DNA from: a virus
Taxonomy: Duplodnaviria; Caudoviricetes
Virus record (IMG/VR): IMGVR_UViG_3300012948_000218
Coordinates: 1 to 26,989 of that record
Reading direction: 5' to 3' (one strand)
Length of the DNA: 26,989 bases
The notes below the pieces were generated by a model. The model had not been told where the DNA came from, ran no database searches, and saw nothing but the letters and a program-made list of their open reading frames with translations. The translations under genes and the position numbers were made by a program. Below are positions 7,050 through 15,452 of the stretch, one piece after another (position 1 is the first letter of the stretch; each line of letters starts with the position of its first letter).

Positions 7050-7250
7050 ATGCCGCGTAACAACATGCGTAACACTCAGCATCGCGAGATCTCCATTCGC
7101 GTCGATTTCGATCCCGAACTCCTGAAGCGATTCGATGAGATTGCCGCACGTGCACGACGCACACGTGCTGCTCACATCGCGTGGCTGATGGAGAAAACCA
7201 TCGAGCAGCAGACTCAGTCTGCCGAATCACGCGAGCCGTCTGCGGCGTGA
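7050..7250 (+). CDS. RHH (CopG-like) regulator
   Basis: ISIRVDFDPELLKRFDEIAARARRTRAAHIAWLMEKTI is a typical RHH pattern. ATG 7050 is preferred over 6915. Confidence 0.8.
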   Translation: MPRNNMRNTQHREISIRVDFDPELLKRFDEIAARARRTRAAHIAWLMEKTIEQQTQSAESREPSAA

Positions 7251-7262
7251 TGACGTGATGTC

Positions 7263-7787
7263 GTGGCTACACGTGGCTGGGAGAGCGTCTCACCGACTGA
7301 ACTCGCGCGGCGCACTGCGCGCGAACACGTCACGCCTGCTGGTCACCAGAAGTACCGCGCGCAACCGTGCATCGTCACCGCCGACGGCACGGTATTCACT
7401 GCCGAACAAATTGCCCTTGCGGAATCCGCCAGTCACGATCCCCTGATCGGCACCGGCACGCTGCGCGAGCGAGCTGCGCGCGTCGGCATTGTCGGTGACT
7501 GGTTCGCCTCGATCAAGGAAGCCAAGCGCTACATCGAACTGCGCGCGGCGGTCAAAGCTGGTCTGATTCTCGATCTGCGTTGCCAGGTGCCGTTCGATCT
7601 GAGCGTCGTCTCGCGCCTTGATCGTCAAGAGCACACGATCGGCAAATGGATCGCAGACTTCGTGTACCGCCGCGCAGACGAGATCGCGTTGACGACCGAA
7701 GACACGAAGGGCTGCAAAACGCCGCTCTACCTGCGATCGAAAAAACACTTTCAGGCGCAGTACGGCCTGACGATTGTCGAGACGTGA
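7263..7787 (+). CDS. DUF1064-family protein (predicted PD-(D/E)xK nuclease)
   Basis: FASIKEAKRY-EL...DLRCQVPF...IADFVY...EDTKG-KT-Y-KK. Confidence 0.85.
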   Translation: MATRGWESVSPTELARRTAREHVTPAGHQKYRAQPCIVTADGTVFTAEQIALAESASHDPLIGTGTLRERAARVGIVGDWFASIKEAKRYIELRAAVKAGLILDLRCQVPFDLSVVSRLDRQEHTIGKWIADFVYRRADEIALTTEDTKGCKTPLYLRSKKHFQAQYGLTIVET

Positions 7788-8017
7788 AGATCAAAGATTT
7801 CAAACTCGGCGCAACAGAAAAGTTTCCACGTGGTCCGGTAGACGAAACCGATGAAGGTGAACTGCGCCTCGCGCTCGTCGCCGATCATCAGCAGGCAATC
7901 GTGCGGCTCATATTCGGCAAGCAGATCTCGTGGCTCGGCCTGCCAGCAAGAGAAGCACGCGATCTCGCCAGAATCCTTGTCGAGAAAGCCGATGAACTCG
8001 ATCGGCGGAAGACATGA
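7784..8017 (+). CDS. Hypothetical phage protein
   Basis: GTGA-coupled start. LGATEKFPRG...DEGEL. Confidence 0.75.
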   Translation: MKIKDFKLGATEKFPRGPVDETDEGELRLALVADHQQAIVRLIFGKQISWLGLPAREARDLARILVEKADELDRRKT

Positions 8018-8232
8018 AGCAGCACGCGCTGGAACCGCGCAACGGCTTTGAGTGGTCACGCGTCGTCTGGGGCGGTTCGCACGATCGTCCGGATGACCAC
8101 TGCTCGTATTGTCGGCGTTCGCTCGACGAGGACGAACGCGACTACATTGCGTTGCGCCTGATGGGCACGTCGCACTTCGCGGTGTTCTGCGACGACTGCA
8201 TGCGAACCTACTGGGGCATGGAGAATCCGTAA
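8014..8232 (+). CDS. Small Zn-binding protein
   Basis: CSYC...FCDDC, coupled at both ends. Confidence 0.75.
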   Translation: MKQHALEPRNGFEWSRVVWGGSHDRPDDHCSYCRRSLDEDERDYIALRLMGTSHFAVFCDDCMRTYWGMENP

Positions 8233-8882
8233 TGCCGAACATGAAAACGCTGCCCGATCGCATGAAGAAACTTCCGATCGACGAACGTGGTTACGTCGTG
8301 CCGTGGTTCGTGGACTGGATCGACGGCAAGCCTGAATTTCGCGCGATGGATCGATCGAAGTTCATACGAGCGATTCGTGATCGTCTCTGCTGGACGTGTG
8401 GCGAGAAACTCGGACGGCATCTCGCGTTCGTGGCAGGACCGATGTACGGCACGACGCGGACGACGAGCGAGCCACCGAACCATTACGAGTGCGCGCTGTG
8501 GTCGGTTCAGAACTGTCCGTTCCTCTCGAACCCGCGCATGGTGCGGCGTGAGGGCGGATTGCCACCCGAAGCGACTGCTGAGAACGCACCAGGCATCGCG
8601 CTCATGCGGAATCCCGGTGTGGCGATGATCTGGGTGACGCGCGGCTACGAAAAGTTTCGCGATGCGAAGGGCATGACACTGTTGACGATGGGCGAGCCTG
8701 ATCGTGTCGAATGGTGGCAGGAAGGTCGCCGCGCCTCGCGCGAGGAAGTGCAGATCTCGATTGACAGCGGATTGCCGAACCTGATGGCCTTGGCGAAATC
8801 AGAGGGTTCATTCGCAGTGGAAGCGTTGGGCAAGGCGGTTCGACTACTGGATCACTGGCTGCCGCAGGAGGTCAGCGCATGA
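8232..8882 (+). CDS. Hypothetical phage protein with Cys/His metal-site pattern
   Basis: RGYVVPWF...CWTCG...EPPNHYECA...CPFL. TAATG coupling. Confidence 0.8.
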   Translation: MPNMKTLPDRMKKLPIDERGYVVPWFVDWIDGKPEFRAMDRSKFIRAIRDRLCWTCGEKLGRHLAFVAGPMYGTTRTTSEPPNHYECALWSVQNCPFLSNPRMVRREGGLPPEATAENAPGIALMRNPGVAMIWVTRGYEKFRDAKGMTLLTMGEPDRVEWWQEGRRASREEVQISIDSGLPNLMALAKSEGSFAVEALGKAVRLLDHWLPQEVSA

Positions 8883-9163
8883 TCACTGCGATTGCGACCG
8901 GCGACGACGGCAAACGAATCCTCATCCTCGGCGTGACCCTTGAGAACGTGCGCCGATTGATGGCAGGCGATCCGATTGTCGTCGATGGCATCACGCACCC
9001 CGGATTCCCGCCCAATCTGGCGATCACCGTGCTGTTCGGCGAAACAGAGGGAACACTCTTGAAATGGCTAGAGGCGATCATGCATCCGGATCAGACCAAG
9101 GTCGTCACGATGGGGCTGCCATGGGAGCATCCGACGACGACGCCGCCGAGAAAAGTCTCATGA
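8879..9163 (+). CDS. Hypothetical protein
   Basis: GGAGG SD and ATGA overlaps. Confidence 0.75.
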   Translation: MITAIATGDDGKRILILGVTLENVRRLMAGDPIVVDGITHPGFPPNLAITVLFGETEGTLLKWLEAIMHPDQTKVVTMGLPWEHPTTTPPRKVS

Positions 9164-9495
9164 CACTGGAAGACCGCGAGCATCTGAAAGCGATCGACGA
9201 TGCGCCCGACGACGAACGACGTGTGCACCTGATCCTGTCCTACTGGCTCGATCGCGAACGCATGGAGCGCACGCCGAAGGAGCACGCCGTGCTGCACATC
9301 GGCACACTCTGCGGCATGTGCGACCGCTATCTGCTCGAGCGCGGCAAGGAAATCTGGAACGCGCCGCAACTCTTCGATGTCGCGAAACAGATCGCGCACG
9401 ATCACGGCATGGCGTGGACTGATCCGCGAACCGGCGAGGTGCATCTGCCGCCGCAGCGGTCGCTGTGGGAAAGCGACAAACCGGAGAACAAGTGA
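9160..9495 (+). CDS. Hypothetical protein
   Basis: ATGA-coupled start at 9160 (MTLEDREH...). Confidence 0.7.
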   Translation: MTLEDREHLKAIDDAPDDERRVHLILSYWLDRERMERTPKEHAVLHIGTLCGMCDRYLLERGKEIWNAPQLFDVAKQIAHDHGMAWTDPRTGEVHLPPQRSLWESDKPENK

Positions 9496-9523
9496 GCATT
9501 AAACCGGAAAGGTTGGGTGACGA

Positions 9524-9745
9524 ATGAGTTTTCCAGAACAGTTGGCATATGGTGGCGGCGTTTCGACTTCATTGATGGACCCATCGGCAAAAATGGCGAG
9601 GATGCCAACGCTTCGCGAACGGATCGCAATGGCGGTGAAACAGGCTGAGGACCGACTACAGGCCACCAAACGCGCGCAAGAGTTGTTCGAGAAAAATCCT
9701 GATCTGGAAGAACTGTTCAACATCATGCAGAACGGACATTTTTAG
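9524..9745 (+). CDS. Small helical hypothetical protein
   Basis: Operon position and coiled-coil-like composition. Confidence 0.7.
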   Translation: MSFPEQLAYGGGVSTSLMDPSAKMARMPTLRERIAMAVKQAEDRLQATKRAQELFEKNPDLEELFNIMQNGHF

Positions 9746-9756
9746 GGAATCGTCAA

Positions 9757-10032
9757 ATGAGCGATGCCATCGTCCCAATGCCGAGACATCCGTCCCAGAT
9801 CTTCGGCGAATTACTTGCGGCACAAAAGGAGGTGGAAGTCCTGCGCGAGGAGTTGGGCAAGTTCGCCGCACTCGACTGTCGGCCGATGGTCTTCAGGGAC
9901 GATCAGATCGAACACGTCGGCGAATTCAAGATTCCCGATGTCCTCCGAGACGCATATCGAGAGGCGTTCGAACGGATGAAAAAACTCGAACTTGAGATGT
10001 ACGACAGGGAATTGTATGGGTTCATCCCATGA
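9757..10032 (+). CDS. Hypothetical protein
   Basis: AGGGA SD and operon position. Confidence 0.7.
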   Translation: MSDAIVPMPRHPSQIFGELLAAQKEVEVLREELGKFAALDCRPMVFRDDQIEHVGEFKIPDVLRDAYREAFERMKKLELEMYDRELYGFIP

Positions 10033-10130
10033 GCGCAAATGATCGGCCGGAGATTCTCTGCCCGCACTGCAAGCGCTGGACGTGGAGCTTCACGTTGTGC
10101 ATTCACTGCAGGAGGTTCATCTTCAAATGA
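10029..10130 (+). CDS. 33-aa Zn-finger micro-protein; absent from the ORF track
   Basis: MSANDRPEILCPHCKRWTWSFTLCIHCRRFIFK. ATGA overlaps at both ends fill the gap exactly. Confidence 0.7.
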   Translation: MSANDRPEILCPHCKRWTWSFTLCIHCRRFIFK

Positions 10131-10351
10131 ATGTGCGTATTCCTGTCGAAAACCAGAAAGAAGGCGAGGAGATCCGCGCAGGTCTGCGACTGCCGGATGT
10201 GCGGGCGTTCGTGCGGATCATGGGACAACTCGATGCACTGCCGAATGATCGTTCGCGAGAACGTGTGCTCCGGCACGTCTGGGACATGCTGGTCGCGGAA
10301 CCTGCAGAGATCGATTTGAAGCGTCGGCAGGAGTTGATCGTTCATGAGTGA
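10127..10351 (+). CDS. Hypothetical protein immediately upstream of terL
   Basis: AGGAGG SD before ATG 10127. No TerS-like features recognised. Confidence 0.75.
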   Translation: MNVRIPVENQKEGEEIRAGLRLPDVRAFVRIMGQLDALPNDRSRERVLRHVWDMLVAEPAEIDLKRRQELIVHE

Positions 10352-11915
10352 CTGGGTGCCGACGTTTCGCTGCTGCTGGTGCGGTGCTGAATTCATTCAG
10401 CGCGAGGTCGATCGCGTCGTCGCCTGGGCGTGTCCGACGGACGACTGTTTCGAACGCCAGCTCGCCAAGAAACTGATCGACACGCAAAAGCGGTTGTTCT
10501 ACCTGCCGCTGCCGAAACAGGTCGAACTGGAAGACGCCATCGACGCGCAGCAGTACGGCTTCATCTGCATCGGCGGGCACCGGAACAGCGCGAAGTCGCA
10601 CACGCTGCGCGTGATCACCTACAAGCTGTGCAAGCGGTTCCACGAATTCTCGGTGATCTTCCTGCGCCGCTCGTTTCCGGAGCTGCGCCTGAATCATATA
10701 CGCTTCGCGATCCGCGAGGTGCCGCGCATCGGCGGCAAATACGGCACGCATTCGGTGACGTTCCCCGACACCGACAGCGAGATTCTGTGGGGGCACTGCT
10801 TCGACACGGATGATTACAAGAACTACATCGGCGGTGACGTAGACCTCATCGTCTTCGATCAGTTGGAGGAATTCGAACACGTCCAGTTTCAGGAGATCAC
10901 GCCGTCCACCGGGCGCACGCGGAAGCGCGGCGACTGGCGCGGCCTGGTGCTCGCCGGCGAGAATCCCGGCGGGCCGCTCAGCGCGTACGTCGAGGAGTTG
11001 TTCATCGACAAGAACATCTCGCGCACGGAGTTTCCGGATTACGATCCGACGCAGTACCACTTCATCACCGCGCAGCTCGAGGACAATCCGTACGCGGACC
11101 CGCGCTACGTGGTGAACCTCGCGGGCCTGTCGAAGGAACGCCGCGCGATGTTCCGCTTCGGCCGCCGCGACATCTTCCCGCGGCAGTTTTTCAAGACGTT
11201 CATCCGTCACGACCGCGTCGAGCGCATCGCGGTGCCGCACGACGTGCCGCGCGTCGGCGCGCTGCACTGGGGCTTCTTTAAGCCGGGAATCTTCCTGTGG
11301 GCCGTCGTGCTGCCCGACGGGCGGCTCTACATCGAGCGCGAGCATCCGTTCAGCGAGACAGTGGCGAGCGAGGTCGCCAAACAGGTGAAGGCGATCAGCA
11401 CGCGGCATCGCACTCAGGTGCAGATGACGTGGGGCAATCCTGAATCGGAGATCTCCTCGGACGACATCGGCGAGCACACGTTCGAAACACTCTACGTCCA
11501 CGGGCTGCCCGTCGTCCGCAGCGCGCACGATCCGGTGAACGGTTGGCAGCGCATGCAGCACTGGTTCGAACCGATCATCGACGGCACGAGTGAACGCCCC
11601 GCGCTCATCGTCAGCCCCGACTGCGAACAAGTGATTCGCACGCTGCCGCAGTTGCTGCAGGACGAGACAAATCCGGAGGACATCGACGAACGCGGTCCGC
11701 TCGCGGCGGCGAAGGCATTGCGCTACCTCGTGATGTCGCGGCCGGAGCCGCCAGGTGTCGCGCCGAAACCGAGTGGCCGTGATCTGTCAAAGCTCGACGA
11801 GCGCACCCGTTACGAGATCGAATTCATGCGCGAACACGAACGCGCCGCCGATGGACGCCGCGAGGCTGAGGCGTACTCGATGGGTGAATTCTGGGGCGCA
11901 CGGGAGTTTCACTGA
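10344..11915 (+). CDS. terL: Terminase large subunit homolog (Terminase_6-like) with degenerate nuclease site
   Basis: LPKQ motif, Walker A GGHRNSAKS, RRSFPEL, Walker B LIVFDQLEE, ENPGG, LEDNPY, C-terminal NPEDID...ALRYLVMSRP. Lies upstream of the portal. Confidence 0.92.
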   Translation: MSDWVPTFRCCWCGAEFIQREVDRVVAWACPTDDCFERQLAKKLIDTQKRLFYLPLPKQVELEDAIDAQQYGFICIGGHRNSAKSHTLRVITYKLCKRFHEFSVIFLRRSFPELRLNHIRFAIREVPRIGGKYGTHSVTFPDTDSEILWGHCFDTDDYKNYIGGDVDLIVFDQLEEFEHVQFQEITPSTGRTRKRGDWRGLVLAGENPGGPLSAYVEELFIDKNISRTEFPDYDPTQYHFITAQLEDNPYADPRYVVNLAGLSKERRAMFRFGRRDIFPRQFFKTFIRHDRVERIAVPHDVPRVGALHWGFFKPGIFLWAVVLPDGRLYIEREHPFSETVASEVAKQVKAISTRHRTQVQMTWGNPESEISSDDIGEHTFETLYVHGLPVVRSAHDPVNGWQRMQHWFEPIIDGTSERPALIVSPDCEQVIRTLPQLLQDETNPEDIDERGPLAAAKALRYLVMSRPEPPGVAPKPSGRDLSKLDERTRYEIEFMREHERAADGRREAEAYSMGEFWGAREFH

Positions 11916-12229
11916 TGCGATCTGATCCCAACGATCCGGCAGTCACACATGTCGAGCCGTTCACGTGTCCACACTGCGGCCATCACATGAATGCCGTTGG
12001 CACGACGAGAGGCGAGGCAGGCCAACCGGAAGTCGGCAACTACTGCTGTTGCATCGCGTGCGGCATGCCGTTGACGTTCATCGATCCCTTCGGCGACAGC
12101 GAACTGCGCCTGCGACCGATGACGAAGTTGGAAGCCGACAACCTCTCCGCAGAGGAACGACACGAACTCGGACGCGTGCAGGCGTTCGCACGTGAGGTGT
12201 TTCAGCCCGATCAGCGCAGGCGCAACTGA
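11915..12229 (+). CDS. Zn-finger protein
   Basis: CPHCG...CIACG. TGATG coupling. Confidence 0.75.
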   Translation: MRSDPNDPAVTHVEPFTCPHCGHHMNAVGTTRGEAGQPEVGNYCCCIACGMPLTFIDPFGDSELRLRPMTKLEADNLSAEERHELGRVQAFAREVFQPDQRRRN

Positions 12230-12636
12230 TGGCGAAGCAAATACTCGTGCTCGAGGAAGTCATCGCGATTCTGCGGAGCTGCAGCGCGCCGAACCGCGTC
12301 ATCGACCAGTTCCGCGAGCGCGCCGAACTCATCGTCAGCAAGCGCAACGAAAAAACCCGCGACGAGGTCACGGTGTCGAGCGGCTTCGGCCACGACTCAC
12401 GGCGAGGCTCGGTGCAGCTGACCGTGAACGACGTGCAGACGCAGATGGATGCGCCGAAGGCCCGCGAGATCGGCGTGATGCTGCTGGAGGCTGCCGAAGC
12501 CGCCATGTCCGACGAGATGATGATGACGCTGCTGATGCAGAAGGTCGGACTGGACGAGGAGCGCGCCATGCACGTCCTGCTCGACCTCCGCGAAATTCGA
12601 CAGGGCACCCGTGGCATCCGCAGGCAAGTGTCCTAA
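12229..12636 (+). CDS. Hypothetical protein
   Basis: Coupled start and GC3-rich codon usage. Confidence 0.8.
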   Translation: MAKQILVLEEVIAILRSCSAPNRVIDQFRERAELIVSKRNEKTRDEVTVSSGFGHDSRRGSVQLTVNDVQTQMDAPKAREIGVMLLEAAEAAMSDEMMMTLLMQKVGLDEERAMHVLLDLREIRQGTRGIRRQVS

Positions 12637-12640
12637 AGCA

Positions 12641-12670
12641 TTGCATCCCGGCGGTAGTCGGGTGTAGGCT
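12641..12670 (+). promoter_or_regulatory. Putative promoter TTGCAT-N18-TAGGCT for the portal operon
   Basis: Lies in the only gap between terL and portal. ATG 12679 follows 8 nt later with no SD. Confidence 0.5.
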
Positions 12671-12678
12671 TTCGCGAC

Positions 12679-13032
12679 ATGTGGGTCAGCCGACGCCGTT
12701 TGTTGGATGACCTCGCGGCCGAACGGGCACGACGCGAGGAGCTGAGTCGTCGCGTCGAGTCGCAGCAGACCATCATCACGTTCCTGTGCGCGCGGACGAA
12801 TCAGCTTGAGGTCGAACGCGCGCTGCTGCTGCGCCAGATGACCAACCTCGATATCCCAACCCCCCAACTTCGTGTCACGTCTGCCGCCGCGAGCGCGAGT
12901 GTCGCGGACGCCGCCGCGACACTCGATGCTCTGACCCACATGGGCATCTTCGACGACGATCCGACACACGCGCCTGCCGGCTGGAATCCTGACGGCACGG
13001 TCAACTACGGCGGTCGCACAAAGGGCAACTGA
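12679..13032 (+). CDS. Coiled-coil hypothetical protein preceding the portal
   Basis: Heptad-like N-terminal half. TGATG coupling to the portal. Confidence 0.75.
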   Translation: MWVSRRRLLDDLAAERARREELSRRVESQQTIITFLCARTNQLEVERALLLRQMTNLDIPTPQLRVTSAAASASVADAAATLDALTHMGIFDDDPTHAPAGWNPDGTVNYGGRTKGN

Positions 13033-15452
13033 TGGCGGTCGCGACGGGCACGTTCGGTCGCGCGCCTGCGGTCATGACACCAGGCGGCGCCGGCGATCCG
13101 GATCGGCCGTTGCTCGAGCTCTACGATCGCGCCAAGCGCGAATGCTTCGCGGATCGCTGGCGCTACGAGCGCGTCTGGACGCGCAACCTGCACTACGTGA
13201 ACAGCAGACAGTGGCTCGGCATCTACGACCGCAGCGGCGGGTGGATGGATGCGCGCGTCGCGCGTGGCGTACCGCGGCCAGTCACGTCGAAACCGAAAGA
13301 GGCTGTCCAAGCGATTAGAGCAATGTTTACCGCCGCCACGCTCGGTGTGGATGTGCGGCCGTTGAAGAACGACGTCGAGAGCGTGACGACCGCGACGACG
13401 TCGGACAAACTTGCGCCCGTGCTCTACACGGCGAATCACATGGACGAAGTCCTCTACGAAGGGGATTTCTGGTTCATCACGTGTGGCAACGTGATCTACC
13501 ACGTGTCGTACGACGACGACGGCACGTATCTCAAGGTGCCGTACGAGCAGTGCGCGGGCTGTGGCCAGCAGTCCACGAGCGACGTGATCGCGCAGGCAGG
13601 GCAGAAGTGTCCCGACTGCGGCGGCACGGCGTTCCAACCCGCGATGAACGAAGACGGCTCGCTGCGGCAGGATGTGCGTCCGCAGGGCTGCACGACGACG
13701 ACGCCGCTCAGCCCGCTGGAGATCGCGTTCCCGTTCAAGCGCGCCCGCTGGCGTCAGGTCGATCGGTTGATCCGCATGCGCTGGCGCACGAAGGACTACT
13801 ACGAGTCGCACCCGGAGCTGCAGGACTATGTGAGGAAGTTGCAGTTCGCGAAGACGTCGAACGAGCGCTCGCTGCAGATCTTCCAGTCGCTGCCGTTCCA
13901 GACCGAACTCTCGCCGACGGCAATCAGCGGCCAGGCCGGAACCGGCGACGAGGAGGGCATCGCCGAATACGAGCTGTGGATCAAACCAACGCCGCAATTT
14001 CCAGACGGCCGCGTTCTGCGTGTCGCGGGCGACGGCACACCGGTCGTCCTGCATCTCGAGCAATCGGAAGGATTGCCGGGACCGCTGCCGTATCACGACG
14101 CGAAGGGCGATCCGATCTGGACATTCCATCACGCAGCGTATGAGCACGTCGGCGGGCGCGTGTTGGGCAGCAGCGCGCTCGATCCCGTCATCCCGAAATT
14201 CGATCAACTGAATCGCTTGGACTCGATCGTCGAGATGATGATGACGCGTCTTGCGATCCCGCAGATCCTGAAGCCAAAAGGTCAAGACATCTCGTGGTTG
14301 GGCGATTCGCCGGCGATGCCTGGATTGATCGCCGAATATGCGCCCGCGCCGGGTGGCGGCAAACCGGAAATGTGGCCGGGACAGGATCCGCCGCGTTCGT
14401 GGGTGATGCTGCGCCAGCAGCTCGTCGAAGAGATCGATGCCGGACTCGGCACGAACGACATTCTGCGCGGCCAGAAGCCACCGAACGTCGAAGCCTTCAG
14501 TGCGATGCAGTTGCTCGTCGAAGCGGGCGAAGCGCGGTTCGCCGGCGCATTCAAAGCGCGGGCGCTCGCCTTCCGCGACGTCACGGAATCGCAGATCGAG
14601 ATCGAACGCGAATTCGGACCTGACACGCGCATCGAGGCCGTGATCACGCCGACGCACGGCTACAACTTCCAGACCTTCCAAAAGGCGGACCTGAAAGGCG
14701 AAGTCACATTCGAAGTGGCCGACGGCAGCACGAAGCCGAAGACGCAACTCGCGGAACGCGCAGCGATCGAACACCTCAAGCAATTGGGCGGCGTGCATCT
14801 GGAAAATCCCGACACCGAGTACGCGGTCTACCAAAAACTCGGACAGACCGATCTGATTCCGGCGGCCGACAATCAGCACCAACGCGCGCTGCAGAATCAG
14901 GAACTGTTCATGACGTGGGTCACGTCGGGTGCGGCGATGCAGTATGTGCCGCAACCGCCGTCGCCGGAACTGCTCGCGGCTGGCATGCCGCCGCCGGCGC
15001 CACCGGATCCCAGCACCGATCCGACGTATCCGTTCACTCTCCAGCCGTGGTACGACATCCGCATTCATCGCATCGAGCTCGTGAAGTGGGCCGTCTCGGA
15101 CGAGACGAGCGAATTGTTCAAGACGACGCCGCAGGCGCGGTACTTCGTGGGGAAATATCTCGGCGACATGGACACAAAACTCGCGCAATCGACTGCGCCG
15201 CCGCCGGAGAAACCGAAAGTCTCGTTCTCATTCGGCGCGGACGATATGGCACTGGACCCCGCGGTGCGGCAGTCGTTCCTGCAGGCGGAAAATCTTCCGC
15301 TGCCAGCGGGCGGCGGCGCACCGGGTGGCGGCGGCCCGCCGATGGCTGGTGGCGTCGGTGCAGGCCGCGCCATGGCGAACAGTAACCAGAACTCCGCGCC
15401 GATCGGCAACACGCCACAGCCGCCGCCAGCGGGCCTCACCGGAGGTCGCTGA
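13032..15452 (+). CDS. Portal protein with Zn-ribbon insertion and Pro/Gly-rich C-terminus
   Basis: 806 aa between terL and the scaffold/capsid genes. W-RNLHY-N-RQW, FDQLNRLDS, DILRGQKPPNVEAFSAMQLL and DNQH...H patterns typical of P22-like portals. Confidence 0.88.
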   Translation: MAVATGTFGRAPAVMTPGGAGDPDRPLLELYDRAKRECFADRWRYERVWTRNLHYVNSRQWLGIYDRSGGWMDARVARGVPRPVTSKPKEAVQAIRAMFTAATLGVDVRPLKNDVESVTTATTSDKLAPVLYTANHMDEVLYEGDFWFITCGNVIYHVSYDDDGTYLKVPYEQCAGCGQQSTSDVIAQAGQKCPDCGGTAFQPAMNEDGSLRQDVRPQGCTTTTPLSPLEIAFPFKRARWRQVDRLIRMRWRTKDYYESHPELQDYVRKLQFAKTSNERSLQIFQSLPFQTELSPTAISGQAGTGDEEGIAEYELWIKPTPQFPDGRVLRVAGDGTPVVLHLEQSEGLPGPLPYHDAKGDPIWTFHHAAYEHVGGRVLGSSALDPVIPKFDQLNRLDSIVEMMMTRLAIPQILKPKGQDISWLGDSPAMPGLIAEYAPAPGGGKPEMWPGQDPPRSWVMLRQQLVEEIDAGLGTNDILRGQKPPNVEAFSAMQLLVEAGEARFAGAFKARALAFRDVTESQIEIEREFGPDTRIEAVITPTHGYNFQTFQKADLKGEVTFEVADGSTKPKTQLAERAAIEHLKQLGGVHLENPDTEYAVYQKLGQTDLIPAADNQHQRALQNQELFMTWVTSGAAMQYVPQPPSPELLAAGMPPPAPPDPSTDPTYPFTLQPWYDIRIHRIELVKWAVSDETSELFKTTPQARYFVGKYLGDMDTKLAQSTAPPPEKPKVSFSFGADDMALDPAVRQSFLQAENLPLPAGGGAPGGGGPPMAGGVGAGRAMANSNQNSAPIGNTPQPPPAGLTGGR

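Noticed and set aside
10218-15188. Long minus-strand ORFs (10218-11630, 13005-15188; likewise 16778-17974 and 25370-26197)
   Set aside because: Antisense shadows of GC3-biased genes, with no motifs or SD.
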